Shown here piece by piece: positions 9,157 through 18,613 of a stretch of DNA of 56,961 nt. The notes under the pieces were generated by a model. The model did no database searches. It saw only the letters and a list, made by a program, of their open reading frames with translations, and was not told the DNA's origin. A program made the translations under genes and the position numbers. The DNA is from a virus (Duplodnaviria > Caudoviricetes), in IMG/VR virus record IMGVR_UViG_3300037991_005841, positions 1-56,961 of that record. The stretch is one strand, 5' to 3'. Every line of letters begins with the position of its first letter. Position 1 is the first letter of the stretch.

Positions 9157-9725
9157 TGGAAAATTATTTTAATGAAAGCGAAATAGCTGCTACAAATAAA
9201 ACCAACTTTGTTATAGAAAAAGTAACGAAAGACAAAAGCGCAACAGAAACAATAACAATTTCTACATTTAAGTATAAAAGTGACGTGTTTCATTGTAAAC
9301 AAAATCTTAACGTTGCACATAAAAAAATTGCTGGCGATGGTGATGATTTAGGGTGGGATTTAACAAGTGATCAATATGATAATGCAACATGGGGAGATAT
9401 TTTATATTTAGGTTTATATTTGGGTTGTACACCTGATTATATATATAATAATAAATCTGTAACGAGTATTGATGTAATTGAAAATGACCAGCAAATTATA
9501 GACTATGTAGATTGGATTAATAATAATATAACAGTAATACAAGGAGACGAATGGACATATGTTCCAGCAAATAGCAAAACATATGATATTATAATATGTG
9601 ATTTATGGGCTTTACCAAGCGATATAACACAAGATCATAAAACAAATTTAGTAAATCATTATACTACGCATTTAAAAACGGGTGGTAAAATAATAATACC
9701 TATATCAGGTGAAACAATAAGTTAA
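9156..9725 (+). CDS. Class I SAM-dependent methyltransferase-fold protein (spermidine synthase-like)
   Basis: DILYLGLYLG (degenerate motif I), IDVIEND, IQGD, YDIIICDLW, LKTGGKIII. Confidence 0.65.
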   Translation: MENYFNESEIAATNKTNFVIEKVTKDKSATETITISTFKYKSDVFHCKQNLNVAHKKIAGDGDDLGWDLTSDQYDNATWGDILYLGLYLGCTPDYIYNNKSVTSIDVIENDQQIIDYVDWINNNITVIQGDEWTYVPANSKTYDIIICDLWALPSDITQDHKTNLVNHYTTHLKTGGKIIIPISGETIS

Positions 9726-9726
9726 A

Positions 9727-11313
9727 ATGCCAAATACAAGTAGAAGTACAACAACGGTTTTCGCTACCAGTGATTTAACAGCTGAGAGCAGGAATACAAC
9801 GACTTCGTTTAACACGACTACGACGTATAATACAAGTAGAACAACTACATATACTAGTTATTTTTCTACTGGTAGATCTACAACTACAACATTTTCAACT
9901 TCTAAGTCAACTACAACTACTTTTAACACATCTAAAAGTACAACAACAACATTTGCTACAAGTAGATCAACAACAGAGTCTAGATCAACAACTACAGTAT
10001 ATACTACTACTACAACATATAATACTAGTAAAAGTACTACAACAACATTTACTACTACATTCAACACGTCGAGAACAACAACGTTTAACACGAGCACCAC
10101 TACTACCACTGCCTATACAACAACTTTTAATACAAGTAGAACGACAACATTTAATACAAGTACTGCGACTATAACTACTTATACAACTACTTTTAATACG
10201 ACTAGATCGACTTCTGAATCTAGGTCTACGACAACCGTATATACAACTAATACTGTATTTAATACAAGTACTGCAACTACAACTGCGTATAATACATCAA
10301 CAACAACGTCTAGAAGTACAACAACAACATTTAATACGTCAAAAAGTACAACTACAGTTTATAATACGTCTACTACAACTACAACAACATTTTCAACTAG
10401 TAGGGGAACCAGCAAAAGCACAACGACAACTTTTAGTACTAGTAGAAGTACAACTACGACGTTTAATACAAGTACTACTACTGTAACTACTTTCAATACC
10501 TCAACAACCACAACTGAAGGTAGAAGTACAACAACTGTTTTTACCACTACAACAACATATAATACATCTAAAACAACAACATTTAATACTAGTACTACTA
10601 CAACAACTGTATATACCACAACTTTTAATACAACAAGAAGTACAAGTACTAGTAAATCTACAAGTAAATCTACGTCTACAACGTTTGATACATTTAGAGA
10701 TACATTGTCGACAGTTGCAATAAATAGAAATACAACCAGAATAACAGATACTATAACAATTACAGCGTTTAATACAAGTACTACTACGGCATATAATACA
10801 AGTACCACTACAACTACTGTTTATACCACAACATTTGCAACTAATACAAGCACTACAACTGCTTTTAATACAAGTACGATAACCGCGTATAATACTCAAA
10901 CAGACACAACTACTGTTTATACAACAACATTTAATACGTCAACTATAACCAATACAATAACTATAACTGTATTTAACACAACAACGTCAACTACTACTAC
11001 GTATAATACAAGTACAAATACAACTACTGTATATAATACTAGTACAACAACAACGTTTAACACAACAACAGCGTATAATACTAGCACAAATACAACAACA
11101 ACATTTAACACTAGTACAACAACAGTATTTAATACTCAAACTACTACTGTGTTTAATACAAGTACAAATACAACAACGACATTTAATACAACGACAACTT
11201 ATAATACTACAACAACGTATAATACTACAACAACGTATACTACTAGTTTTACAACAACATATACTACTCAGACTAGTTTTTATTCACCTTCGTCGTCGTT
11301 TGGGCAGGTGTAG
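9727..11313 (+). CDS. Thr-rich fibre chain B (mirror partner of chain A)
   Basis: 528 aa almost entirely (F/Y)NTS(R/K/T)STTTT-type units; Thr codons vary, as expected of a real coding sequence. Confidence 0.8.
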   Translation: MPNTSRSTTTVFATSDLTAESRNTTTSFNTTTTYNTSRTTTYTSYFSTGRSTTTTFSTSKSTTTTFNTSKSTTTTFATSRSTTESRSTTTVYTTTTTYNTSKSTTTTFTTTFNTSRTTTFNTSTTTTTAYTTTFNTSRTTTFNTSTATITTYTTTFNTTRSTSESRSTTTVYTTNTVFNTSTATTTAYNTSTTTSRSTTTTFNTSKSTTTVYNTSTTTTTTFSTSRGTSKSTTTTFSTSRSTTTTFNTSTTTVTTFNTSTTTTEGRSTTTVFTTTTTYNTSKTTTFNTSTTTTTVYTTTFNTTRSTSTSKSTSKSTSTTFDTFRDTLSTVAINRNTTRITDTITITAFNTSTTTAYNTSTTTTTVYTTTFATNTSTTTAFNTSTITAYNTQTDTTTVYTTTFNTSTITNTITITVFNTTTSTTTTYNTSTNTTTVYNTSTTTTFNTTTAYNTSTNTTTTFNTSTTTVFNTQTTTVFNTSTNTTTTFNTTTTYNTTTTYNTTTTYTTSFTTTYTTQTSFYSPSSSFGQV

Positions 11314-11368
11314 TTAGTATTGTATAAATATATGTAATTAATTATATAGACAATTTAAATTTAATTTT

Positions 11369-12280
11369 ATGGAAATGTTTAATAAGAATGAGCTTGATAA
11401 AAGAATCGGGCCATTAAAGAAAAACAAAAAATTATATGATCTTGAAGCGGTTGAAGGTTATGTAATTAGAAAATGTAGTGAAAACGGCATAGAAGCAGCG
11501 TATGATGTTATGGCTGAAGAGATGCCACACTTTAGAACGATGGGTTATACAGAATATGCTGGTAACTTTTATTTACAACCGTTAAATTATAAATTAAGAA
11601 ACGAACAATTAATAGATGCTTATTATGATAATAGTAAGCAGAGTGTTGTTGATTATTCAGATTGGTTAGTAAACAAAATAGTAAGTAATGATGCAAATAA
11701 GTATCAAGATAGAGACGAAAAAGCTTTATCAAGATATGCACCTAAAGATTATATTGTTGTATTACCAGGTTCAAACAAAGTGAGAGAAAACGTTTGTCTA
11801 AATAGATTAAAAGCAATATCTCACGAACATGGTGATAATATATATTTTAAACCACATCCAATAACAACACATCAAATTATTGGCGAATTGAAAGATTTTT
11901 TTGGTGAAGAAAATATATTACCAAGAAATATAAACATGTATTATTATTTACAAAAAGCTAAAGGTGTTTATACTACACATATTAGTGAAAGTTGTTTATA
12001 TGGTGTTATATTAGGTAAAGATACACAACCAATAGACGTTTGGAATAATATACAAAGAGGTTCTTTTTATTGTATAAATAATCATTTATTATATCATCAA
12101 AAAAACGCAAAAAGTTATGTAAACAAAACTTTTTCACATTATAAATCAGGTATTATAAATCCTGAATTAGATAAAAACTGGAAAGAAAAAGTTGACAAAT
12201 ACTTTGATTACATATTAGAAAAAAGAGCATCATATAAAAATTGGTTTGTAGATACTCACCCAAAAGCAAATAAAAAATAA
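11369..12280 (+). CDS. Capsule-biosynthesis-like glycosyltransferase (KpsS/KpsC-like GT-B)
   Basis: IYFKPHP motif, then LQKAKGVYTTHISES..YGVILGK, resembling the xKxHP and 'V.TxxS..G.EA...GK' motifs. Confidence 0.5.
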   Translation: MEMFNKNELDKRIGPLKKNKKLYDLEAVEGYVIRKCSENGIEAAYDVMAEEMPHFRTMGYTEYAGNFYLQPLNYKLRNEQLIDAYYDNSKQSVVDYSDWLVNKIVSNDANKYQDRDEKALSRYAPKDYIVVLPGSNKVRENVCLNRLKAISHEHGDNIYFKPHPITTHQIIGELKDFFGEENILPRNINMYYYLQKAKGVYTTHISESCLYGVILGKDTQPIDVWNNIQRGSFYCINNHLLYHQKNAKSYVNKTFSHYKSGIINPELDKNWKEKVDKYFDYILEKRASYKNWFVDTHPKANKK

Positions 12281-12294
12281 TTAAATTAAATATA

Positions 12295-12552
12295 ATGGCA
12301 AATAATTACAAAAAGAAAGCTAGTAAAAAACTTAGCAAAGATGAACTAGAACAAATGCGAAATTTTTTACAGCAATTAAATAATGCGTCAACACAAGTAG
12401 GAAATTTAGAATTACAAAAACATAAAATATTACATTCAATGGATTTAATTGAGCGTGATTTTTCTGTATTTCAAAATAATCTTAAAGAAAAATATGGTGA
12501 CGTTTCAGTAAATACACAAACTGGAGAATTAAAATATAATATAGTTGAATAA
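12295..12552 (+). CDS. Small coiled-coil hypothetical protein
   Basis: 85 aa heptad pattern ending LKEKYGDVSVNTQTGE. Confidence 0.65.
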   Translation: MANNYKKKASKKLSKDELEQMRNFLQQLNNASTQVGNLELQKHKILHSMDLIERDFSVFQNNLKEKYGDVSVNTQTGELKYNIVE

Positions 12553-12770
12553 TGTCACTCGTAAGAAAAATAAGTATAGGTAGAGATTATAAAAACGATG
12601 CAATGCATTATTCGGTTGGGCAAGAGGTATATGGTCACCATATTATTTGCGATATAGTTGAACAACCGGATAAGTTTTCTATCTTTATAAAAAAAGATGG
12701 AAATGTATTACCTTGGAAAGATTTTAATAAAAACATGGCAATAGCCGTGGAATACAATTTAGAATATTAA
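12552..12770 (+). CDS. Hypothetical phage protein
   Basis: 72 aa, coupled at both ends; RKISIGRDYKNDAMHY. Confidence 0.7.
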   Translation: MSLVRKISIGRDYKNDAMHYSVGQEVYGHHIICDIVEQPDKFSIFIKKDGNVLPWKDFNKNMAIAVEYNLEY

Positions 12771-13363
12771 TGCAAAGTTTATCAGACTTTATAATTAAAC
12801 CTAAAAATAAAAGATATAACAATACAAAACAAATTGGTGATTCAGAGTTGCTATTAAATTCAGAAATCTCTGATCACCGGTATGTTAGCCGATCTGGAAT
12901 AGTACTTACTACACCAAAAGCATTTAATACTGAAATAAAAATAGGTGATGAAGTTATTGTACACCACAATATTTTTCGCCGTTGGTATGACGTTAGGGGT
13001 GTAGAAAGAAACGGTAGAGCATATTATAAAGAAGATAAATATTTTGTAAAGTTAGATCAAATATTTTTATATAAACGAAACAATAAATGGCATGCGCCCA
13101 AAGGTTATTGTTTTGTTAAACCAATTCAATCAAATGATATTATAGAAAAAGAAGTTCCGCTACGTGGTATTATAAAACATGTTGACAAAGAACTTAAAGA
13201 TATACACAAAGGAGATTTAGTTGGTTTTACACCGAGCAGTGAATATGAATTCATTGTTGACGGTGAAAGAATGTATAGAGTACCAACAGATTCAATATCT
13301 ATTAAGTATGAACGTAAAGGAACAGAAAAAGAGTATAATCCAAGCTGGACACACAGCAGTTAA
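12770..13363 (+). CDS. Tandem GroES-like domain protein
   Basis: Two Cpn10-like units (GIVL..IKIGDEVIVHH; FVKP..GIIKH..IHKGDLVGF..EF.VDGE). Confidence 0.6.
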   Translation: MQSLSDFIIKPKNKRYNNTKQIGDSELLLNSEISDHRYVSRSGIVLTTPKAFNTEIKIGDEVIVHHNIFRRWYDVRGVERNGRAYYKEDKYFVKLDQIFLYKRNNKWHAPKGYCFVKPIQSNDIIEKEVPLRGIIKHVDKELKDIHKGDLVGFTPSSEYEFIVDGERMYRVPTDSISIKYERKGTEKEYNPSWTHSS

Positions 13364-13580
13364 AGAACTAATTAAGGTTGCAAAAGAACCTATAGTTGAA
13401 ACTGAAGATGATGTTTCAGCAGACAGATTAAAAAATGCTGCAGCTACAAAGAAGCTTGCAATATTTGATGCTTTTGAAATATTAAATAGAATAGAAGCTG
13501 AAAACGCATTACTAGAAGGTAAGACTATAGAAGAGAAACAAGAGTCATTTAAAGGCTTTGCAGAAAGAAGATCTAGATAA
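13308..13580 (+). CDS. Putative terminase small subunit
   Basis: Helical 90 aa protein coupled to terL; ATG at 13308. Confidence 0.5.
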   Translation: MNVKEQKKSIIQAGHTAVKELIKVAKEPIVETEDDVSADRLKNAAATKKLAIFDAFEILNRIEAENALLEGKTIEEKQESFKGFAERRSR

Positions 13581-15793
13581 TGTACAAACAATCATTATAT
13601 GAGGTTATAGAGCCTATAAAAATCAATACGATTAAAAGGCTTAATAAATCAAAAAAGTGGAAATACGGATACGATAAGGATCATGACGTAGTTGTTATCA
13701 GCAAGACGGGGCAGATAGGTGAGGTGTATAGCATACAGAATTTAAAAATAGCATTGCCTCTAGCGCCGAAAGATTTAGAAAAGGGAAATAATAAATGGCG
13801 GGTACAAGAATATCCAAAAGATTTAGCAAAGTTAAAAACTATATTTGATTGGAAAGATTTGCCAGCTGAATTCAAAAATAAATGGCATGGGTATATTGAT
13901 AGCGAATTTACCAAACGCGATGAAGGTTATTGGTTCTACAACAAGGATGTTCCTACTTATATTACTGGGACTCACTATATGTACTTGCAGTGGACCAAAA
14001 TTGATGTTGGGAAGCCAGACTATAGGGAAGCCAACAGACTCTTCTTCATCTTTTGGGAAGCTTGTAAAGCCGATTCCAGATCTTATGGAATGTGCTATCT
14101 CAAAAACCGTCGATCAGGATTTTCGTTTATGGCCAGCGGAGAAGTGGTTAATTCAGCAACAATTAGTTCCGATTCACGGTTTGGAATATTGTCCAAATCT
14201 GGGGCGGATGCCAAGAAAATGTTCACAGATAAGGTTGTCCCAATATCGGTCAATTATCCGTTCTTTTTTAAACCCATTCAAGATGGAATGGATCGTCCCA
14301 AAACCGAGCTGGCATATAGAGTACCGGCGTCAAAATTTACAAGGAGGAAGATTATCACCAATGAAAGGACCGAGGAGCTCACGGGACTCGATACAACCAT
14401 TGACTGGAAAAATACCGGGGACAACTCGTATGATGGAGAAAAGCTTTCCCTCTTGGTTCACGACGAAGCCGGGAAATGGGAAAGACCCGAAAACATCCTC
14501 AATAACTGGAGAGTCACGAAAACCACGTTAAGATTAGGTTCAAGGATTATAGGAAAATGTATGATGGGTTCAACAAGTAACTCATTAGATAAGGGAGGCG
14601 GAAACTTTAAAAAATTATATAATGATTCAGACGTTACAAAAAGAAACAGAAACGGACAAACTCGTTCGGGATTATATAGTTTGTTCATACCTATGGAATG
14701 GAACTTCGAGGGATTCATTGATTCTTATGGATTACCTGTATTCAACACTCCCGAAGAGCCGGTTAAAGACAATTACGGGGACTATATTGATGTCGGGGTT
14801 ATCGAACATTGGGAAAACGAAGTTGAAGGTTTAAAAGGAGATCAAGACGCATTAAATGAATTTTATAGACAATTTCCAAGGACTGAAGAACATGCTTTCA
14901 GAGATGAAACTAAAAATAGCATATTTAATCTTGCTAAGATTTACGAACAGATTGATTTTAATGAAGAAGCTAGATACGATGGTGCAGTCACTCGTGGAGG
15001 TTTTTCGTGGAAGAATGGGGTGCAAGACACGGAAGTCCAATTCACACCAAACTTAAATGGAAGATTTAATATATCTTGGGTTCCTGAAGTTGAATTACAA
15101 AATAAAGTAATAATAAAAAATGGAATTAAGTATCCTGGAAACGAACATATTGGTGCATTTGGCTGCGATAGCTATGATATATCCGGTACTACCGACGGCA
15201 AAGGATCTAAAGGTGCCTTGCATGGTCTTACTAAATTTAGTATGGAAAACGCACCGGCAAACCAATTCTTTTTAGAATATATAGCCCGACCGCAAACAGC
15301 GGAAATGTTTTTTGAAGATATACTTATGGCATTACATTTTTATGGTATGCCAATACTTGCAGAAAACAATAAACCAAGATTATTATACTATTTAAAAAGA
15401 AGAGGATATAGAGGATATTCAATGAATAGACCTGATAAAGTTTGGAATAAATTATCTGTTACAGAAAAAGAAATAGGTGGTATACCAAACTCGAGTGAAG
15501 ATATAAGGCAAGCACATGCTGCAGCAATTGAAAGTTATATAAATTCATATGTGGGTATAAAGCATGATGGTACTCATGGAAATTTATATTTTAATGAAAC
15601 ATTAAATGATTGGGCTGGATTTGATATAAATAAAAGAACAAAATTTGATGCAGCAATAAGTTCTGGGTTAGCAATTATGGCATGTAATAAAAATTTATAT
15701 ACACCTAGACCTAAAATACAACTAAATAATAAACTAAATTTTAGTTTTGCTAAATACGATAATAAAGGCAATTTTTCAAAAATAATAAAATAA
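13580..15793 (+). CDS. terL: Terminase large subunit
   Basis: Walker A-like KNRRSGFS, Walker B LLVHDEAGK, motif III GST, nuclease GCDSYD and FDAAIS. Confidence 0.9.
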   Translation: MYKQSLYEVIEPIKINTIKRLNKSKKWKYGYDKDHDVVVISKTGQIGEVYSIQNLKIALPLAPKDLEKGNNKWRVQEYPKDLAKLKTIFDWKDLPAEFKNKWHGYIDSEFTKRDEGYWFYNKDVPTYITGTHYMYLQWTKIDVGKPDYREANRLFFIFWEACKADSRSYGMCYLKNRRSGFSFMASGEVVNSATISSDSRFGILSKSGADAKKMFTDKVVPISVNYPFFFKPIQDGMDRPKTELAYRVPASKFTRRKIITNERTEELTGLDTTIDWKNTGDNSYDGEKLSLLVHDEAGKWERPENILNNWRVTKTTLRLGSRIIGKCMMGSTSNSLDKGGGNFKKLYNDSDVTKRNRNGQTRSGLYSLFIPMEWNFEGFIDSYGLPVFNTPEEPVKDNYGDYIDVGVIEHWENEVEGLKGDQDALNEFYRQFPRTEEHAFRDETKNSIFNLAKIYEQIDFNEEARYDGAVTRGGFSWKNGVQDTEVQFTPNLNGRFNISWVPEVELQNKVIIKNGIKYPGNEHIGAFGCDSYDISGTTDGKGSKGALHGLTKFSMENAPANQFFLEYIARPQTAEMFFEDILMALHFYGMPILAENNKPRLLYYLKRRGYRGYSMNRPDKVWNKLSVTEKEIGGIPNSSEDIRQAHAAAIESYINSYVGIKHDGTHGNLYFNETLNDWAGFDINKRTKFDAAISSGLAIMACNKNLYTPRPKIQLNNKLNFSFAKYDNKGNFSKIIK

Positions 15794-18205
15794 ATGGCAA
15801 AAACATTTAAAAACGGTATATTCCCGAGTCAATCGGTGCCTGATGCTGAAAAAGCATCTACAGAATATGGATTGCAAGTTGCAAGAGCCATAGAGTCTGA
15901 GTGGTTTAAGAAAGATTCCGGTACTACACGTTACTTTGCAAATAGAGATAACTTTCATAGGTTAAGATTATATGCAAGAGGAGAACAAAGTATACAAAAG
16001 TATAAAGATGAGTTATCTATAAACGGTGATTTGTCATATCTTAATTTAGATTGGAAACCTGTACCTATTATACCTAAGTTTGTAGATATAGTTGTAAATG
16101 GTATTTCAAATAGAACATACGATTTAAAGGCATACTCAGTTGATCCTATTGCTACAAAACGTAGAACGGATTTTGTTGAAAAACTATTAAATGATATGTA
16201 TGCTAATGATTTTGCCGACAAAATACAAAAAACTTTAGGTGTAAGTACATTATTTAATGCACCTGAAATTATACCACAAGACGAAGAAGAATTACAATTA
16301 CATATGCAGCTTAGCTATAAACAAGCTGTTGAAATAGCACAAGAGCAGGCTTTAACAAATGTTTTTGATTTAAATAAATATGATTTACTAAAAAGAAGAG
16401 TTGATTATGATATAACTGTTATTGGAATGGGTGCTATAAAAAATAGTTTTAATACTGCAGATGGTATTAAACTTGAATATGTAGATCCAGCTAATTTAGT
16501 TTATTCATATTCTGATTCACCTTATTTTGATGATATATATTATGTAGGTGAAGTAAAAAGTATTACAATTACAGAATTAAAAAAACAATACCCTTACTTA
16601 ACTGAAGAGGACATAAAAGAAATTGAAGGTAAAGGTAACGATATAAGATTACATAAAACATATAGCGTAGATAATCAAGATAAAAATTATGTTGATATAA
16701 TATATTTTGAATATAAAACTTTTGAAAATCAAGTTTACAAAATAAAAAAGACATCTACAGGTGCAGAAAAAGCAATTGAAAAAACAGATCAATTTGACCC
16801 ACCAAAAGATGCTAGATCACGATTTGAAAAAGTAAATAGATCAATTGAATGTTTATATGAAGGTGCAAAAATAGTAGGCCATAATAAATTGTTAAAATGG
16901 CAAAAGGCTATTAATATGACAAGACCTAAGTCTGATATTACAAAAGTTCAGATGAGTTACAATATAGTTGCACCAAGAATTTATAAAGGAAAGCCTGAAT
17001 CTTTAGTAAGCAGAATGACGTCTTTTGCTGATATGATTCAAATAACGCATCTTAAATTACAACAAGTACTTTCAAGATTGGTTCCCGATGGAGTATTCTT
17101 AGATGCGGATGGTATTGCTGAAGTGGATTTAGGTAACGGTACAAATTACAATCCACAAGAAGCATTAAATATGTATTTCCAAACTGGTTCTGTTATTGGT
17201 AGATCAATGACACAAGATGGTGACTTTAATAACGCAAGAGTGCCAATTCAAGAACTTAGAGCATCGGGAGGAAATACAAAGATAGCTAGTTTAATACAGT
17301 CTTATAATTATTATTTACAAATGATGAGAGATGTAACTGGATTAAATGAAGCAAGGGATGGAAGTAATCCTGATAAAAACGCATTAGTTGGTTTACAAAA
17401 ATTAGCAGCAGCTAATAGTAATACAGCTACAAGACATATATTACAAGCAGGATTATATCTTACATTAAAAACAGCAGAAGCTATTTCGTTAAGAGTGTCT
17501 GATGTTTTAGAATATAGTAATACAAAAAGGTCATTTATACAATCATTAGGTAAGTTTAATGTAGGTACATTAGAAGAATTGTATACTTTACATTTGCATG
17601 ACTTTGGTATATTTTTAGAATTAGCGCCGGATGAAGAAGAAAAACAATTATTAGAAAATAATATACAAATGGCAATAACTCAAAAACAAATTGAGTTAGA
17701 AGATGCTATTGATGTAAGAGAAATTAAAAATCTTAAATTAGCTAATCAGCTATTAAAATTAAGAAGAAAAAGAAAACAAGAAAGAGATAGGGCTATGCAG
17801 CTTGAAAATATACAAGCACAATCGCAAGCTAACGCTCAATCAGCGCAAGCAGCGGCTCAGGCTGACATGCAGAAACAGCAGGGTATAGCTCAAAGTAAAG
17901 TACAAATTGCGCAAGCACAATCACAGTTTGATATTCAAAAATTAGAAAAAGAAGCTCAGATTAAAAAAGAATTAATGGAATATGAGTTTCAATTGAATAT
18001 GCAGCTTAAACAAGTTGAGTCTGACGTAATTAAAAATAAAGAGAAATATAAGGAAGATAGAAAAGATGAAAGAACGAAAATACAAGCATCTCAACAAAGC
18101 GAATTAATAAACCAGAGACAATCTGGAACACCACCAAAAAACTTTGAATCTGCAGGGTTTGATAACTTGGGTGGATTTGGTTTAGAACAATTTGAACCAA
18201 GATAA
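15794..18205 (+). CDS. Portal protein
   Basis: 803 aa after terL; PIIPKFVDIVV, RDVTGLNEARDG, Gln-rich C-terminal barrel helix. Confidence 0.85.
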   Translation: MAKTFKNGIFPSQSVPDAEKASTEYGLQVARAIESEWFKKDSGTTRYFANRDNFHRLRLYARGEQSIQKYKDELSINGDLSYLNLDWKPVPIIPKFVDIVVNGISNRTYDLKAYSVDPIATKRRTDFVEKLLNDMYANDFADKIQKTLGVSTLFNAPEIIPQDEEELQLHMQLSYKQAVEIAQEQALTNVFDLNKYDLLKRRVDYDITVIGMGAIKNSFNTADGIKLEYVDPANLVYSYSDSPYFDDIYYVGEVKSITITELKKQYPYLTEEDIKEIEGKGNDIRLHKTYSVDNQDKNYVDIIYFEYKTFENQVYKIKKTSTGAEKAIEKTDQFDPPKDARSRFEKVNRSIECLYEGAKIVGHNKLLKWQKAINMTRPKSDITKVQMSYNIVAPRIYKGKPESLVSRMTSFADMIQITHLKLQQVLSRLVPDGVFLDADGIAEVDLGNGTNYNPQEALNMYFQTGSVIGRSMTQDGDFNNARVPIQELRASGGNTKIASLIQSYNYYLQMMRDVTGLNEARDGSNPDKNALVGLQKLAAANSNTATRHILQAGLYLTLKTAEAISLRVSDVLEYSNTKRSFIQSLGKFNVGTLEELYTLHLHDFGIFLELAPDEEEKQLLENNIQMAITQKQIELEDAIDVREIKNLKLANQLLKLRRKRKQERDRAMQLENIQAQSQANAQSAQAAAQADMQKQQGIAQSKVQIAQAQSQFDIQKLEKEAQIKKELMEYEFQLNMQLKQVESDVIKNKEKYKEDRKDERTKIQASQQSELINQRQSGTPPKNFESAGFDNLGGFGLEQFEPR

Positions 18206-18224
18206 CTAAATAAATAATAAAACT

Positions 18225-18581
18225 ATGGGAGTAAGAGGAACTGATTTTCCGCACAATATCGTAGGATCTGTATTTACTACAGCAAGTAGTGATGCAATTA
18301 AACCACCATTGAATCACGTATTCATTGCTTTTGATGTATTAGCTAACGCTACATTTGATGCAAGTGGAGGATTAGTTGCTGAAACTGCAACACAATTTGC
18401 AAATACAGAAGACGCTGCAGGTGATTTAGCAGCTGGATCTGAAACAAACGATGAAGGATCTGGTGGTGTACAAATCACAAATTCAAATGTTACGTTTCCT
18501 GCAGGTATAACTATTCACGGTAGATATACCGAAATAGATGTTGCAGGCGGTAGCATTCTTGCATATTACGCAAGAAAATAA
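18225..18581 (+). CDS. Hypothetical virion protein
   Basis: 118 aa; TFPAGITIHGRYTEI..GSILAYY. Confidence 0.55.
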   Translation: MGVRGTDFPHNIVGSVFTTASSDAIKPPLNHVFIAFDVLANATFDASGGLVAETATQFANTEDAAGDLAAGSETNDEGSGGVQITNSNVTFPAGITIHGRYTEIDVAGGSILAYYARK

Positions 18582-18613
18582 AAAAACTTTTAATAATTAT
18601 ATAATATTTTATC

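Noticed and set aside
7560-11111. Long Val-rich antisense and Gln/Leu-rich alternate-frame ORFs over the Thr-rich genes
   Set aside because: Shadow frames of ACN-rich codons, which rarely produce stops; no independent coding signal.
7057-11313. DNA inverted repeat, CRISPR array or satellite as the explanation for the repeats
   Set aside because: Both genes are A/C-rich on the same strand with varied synonymous codons; there are no fixed repeat-spacer units. The complementarity is at protein level only.
7057-11313. Antifreeze or ice-nucleation protein (TxT arrays)
   Set aside because: Irregular unit lengths and few turn residues do not fit a beta-solenoid; inter-chain pairing explains the pattern better. 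Ice binding is not strictly excluded.
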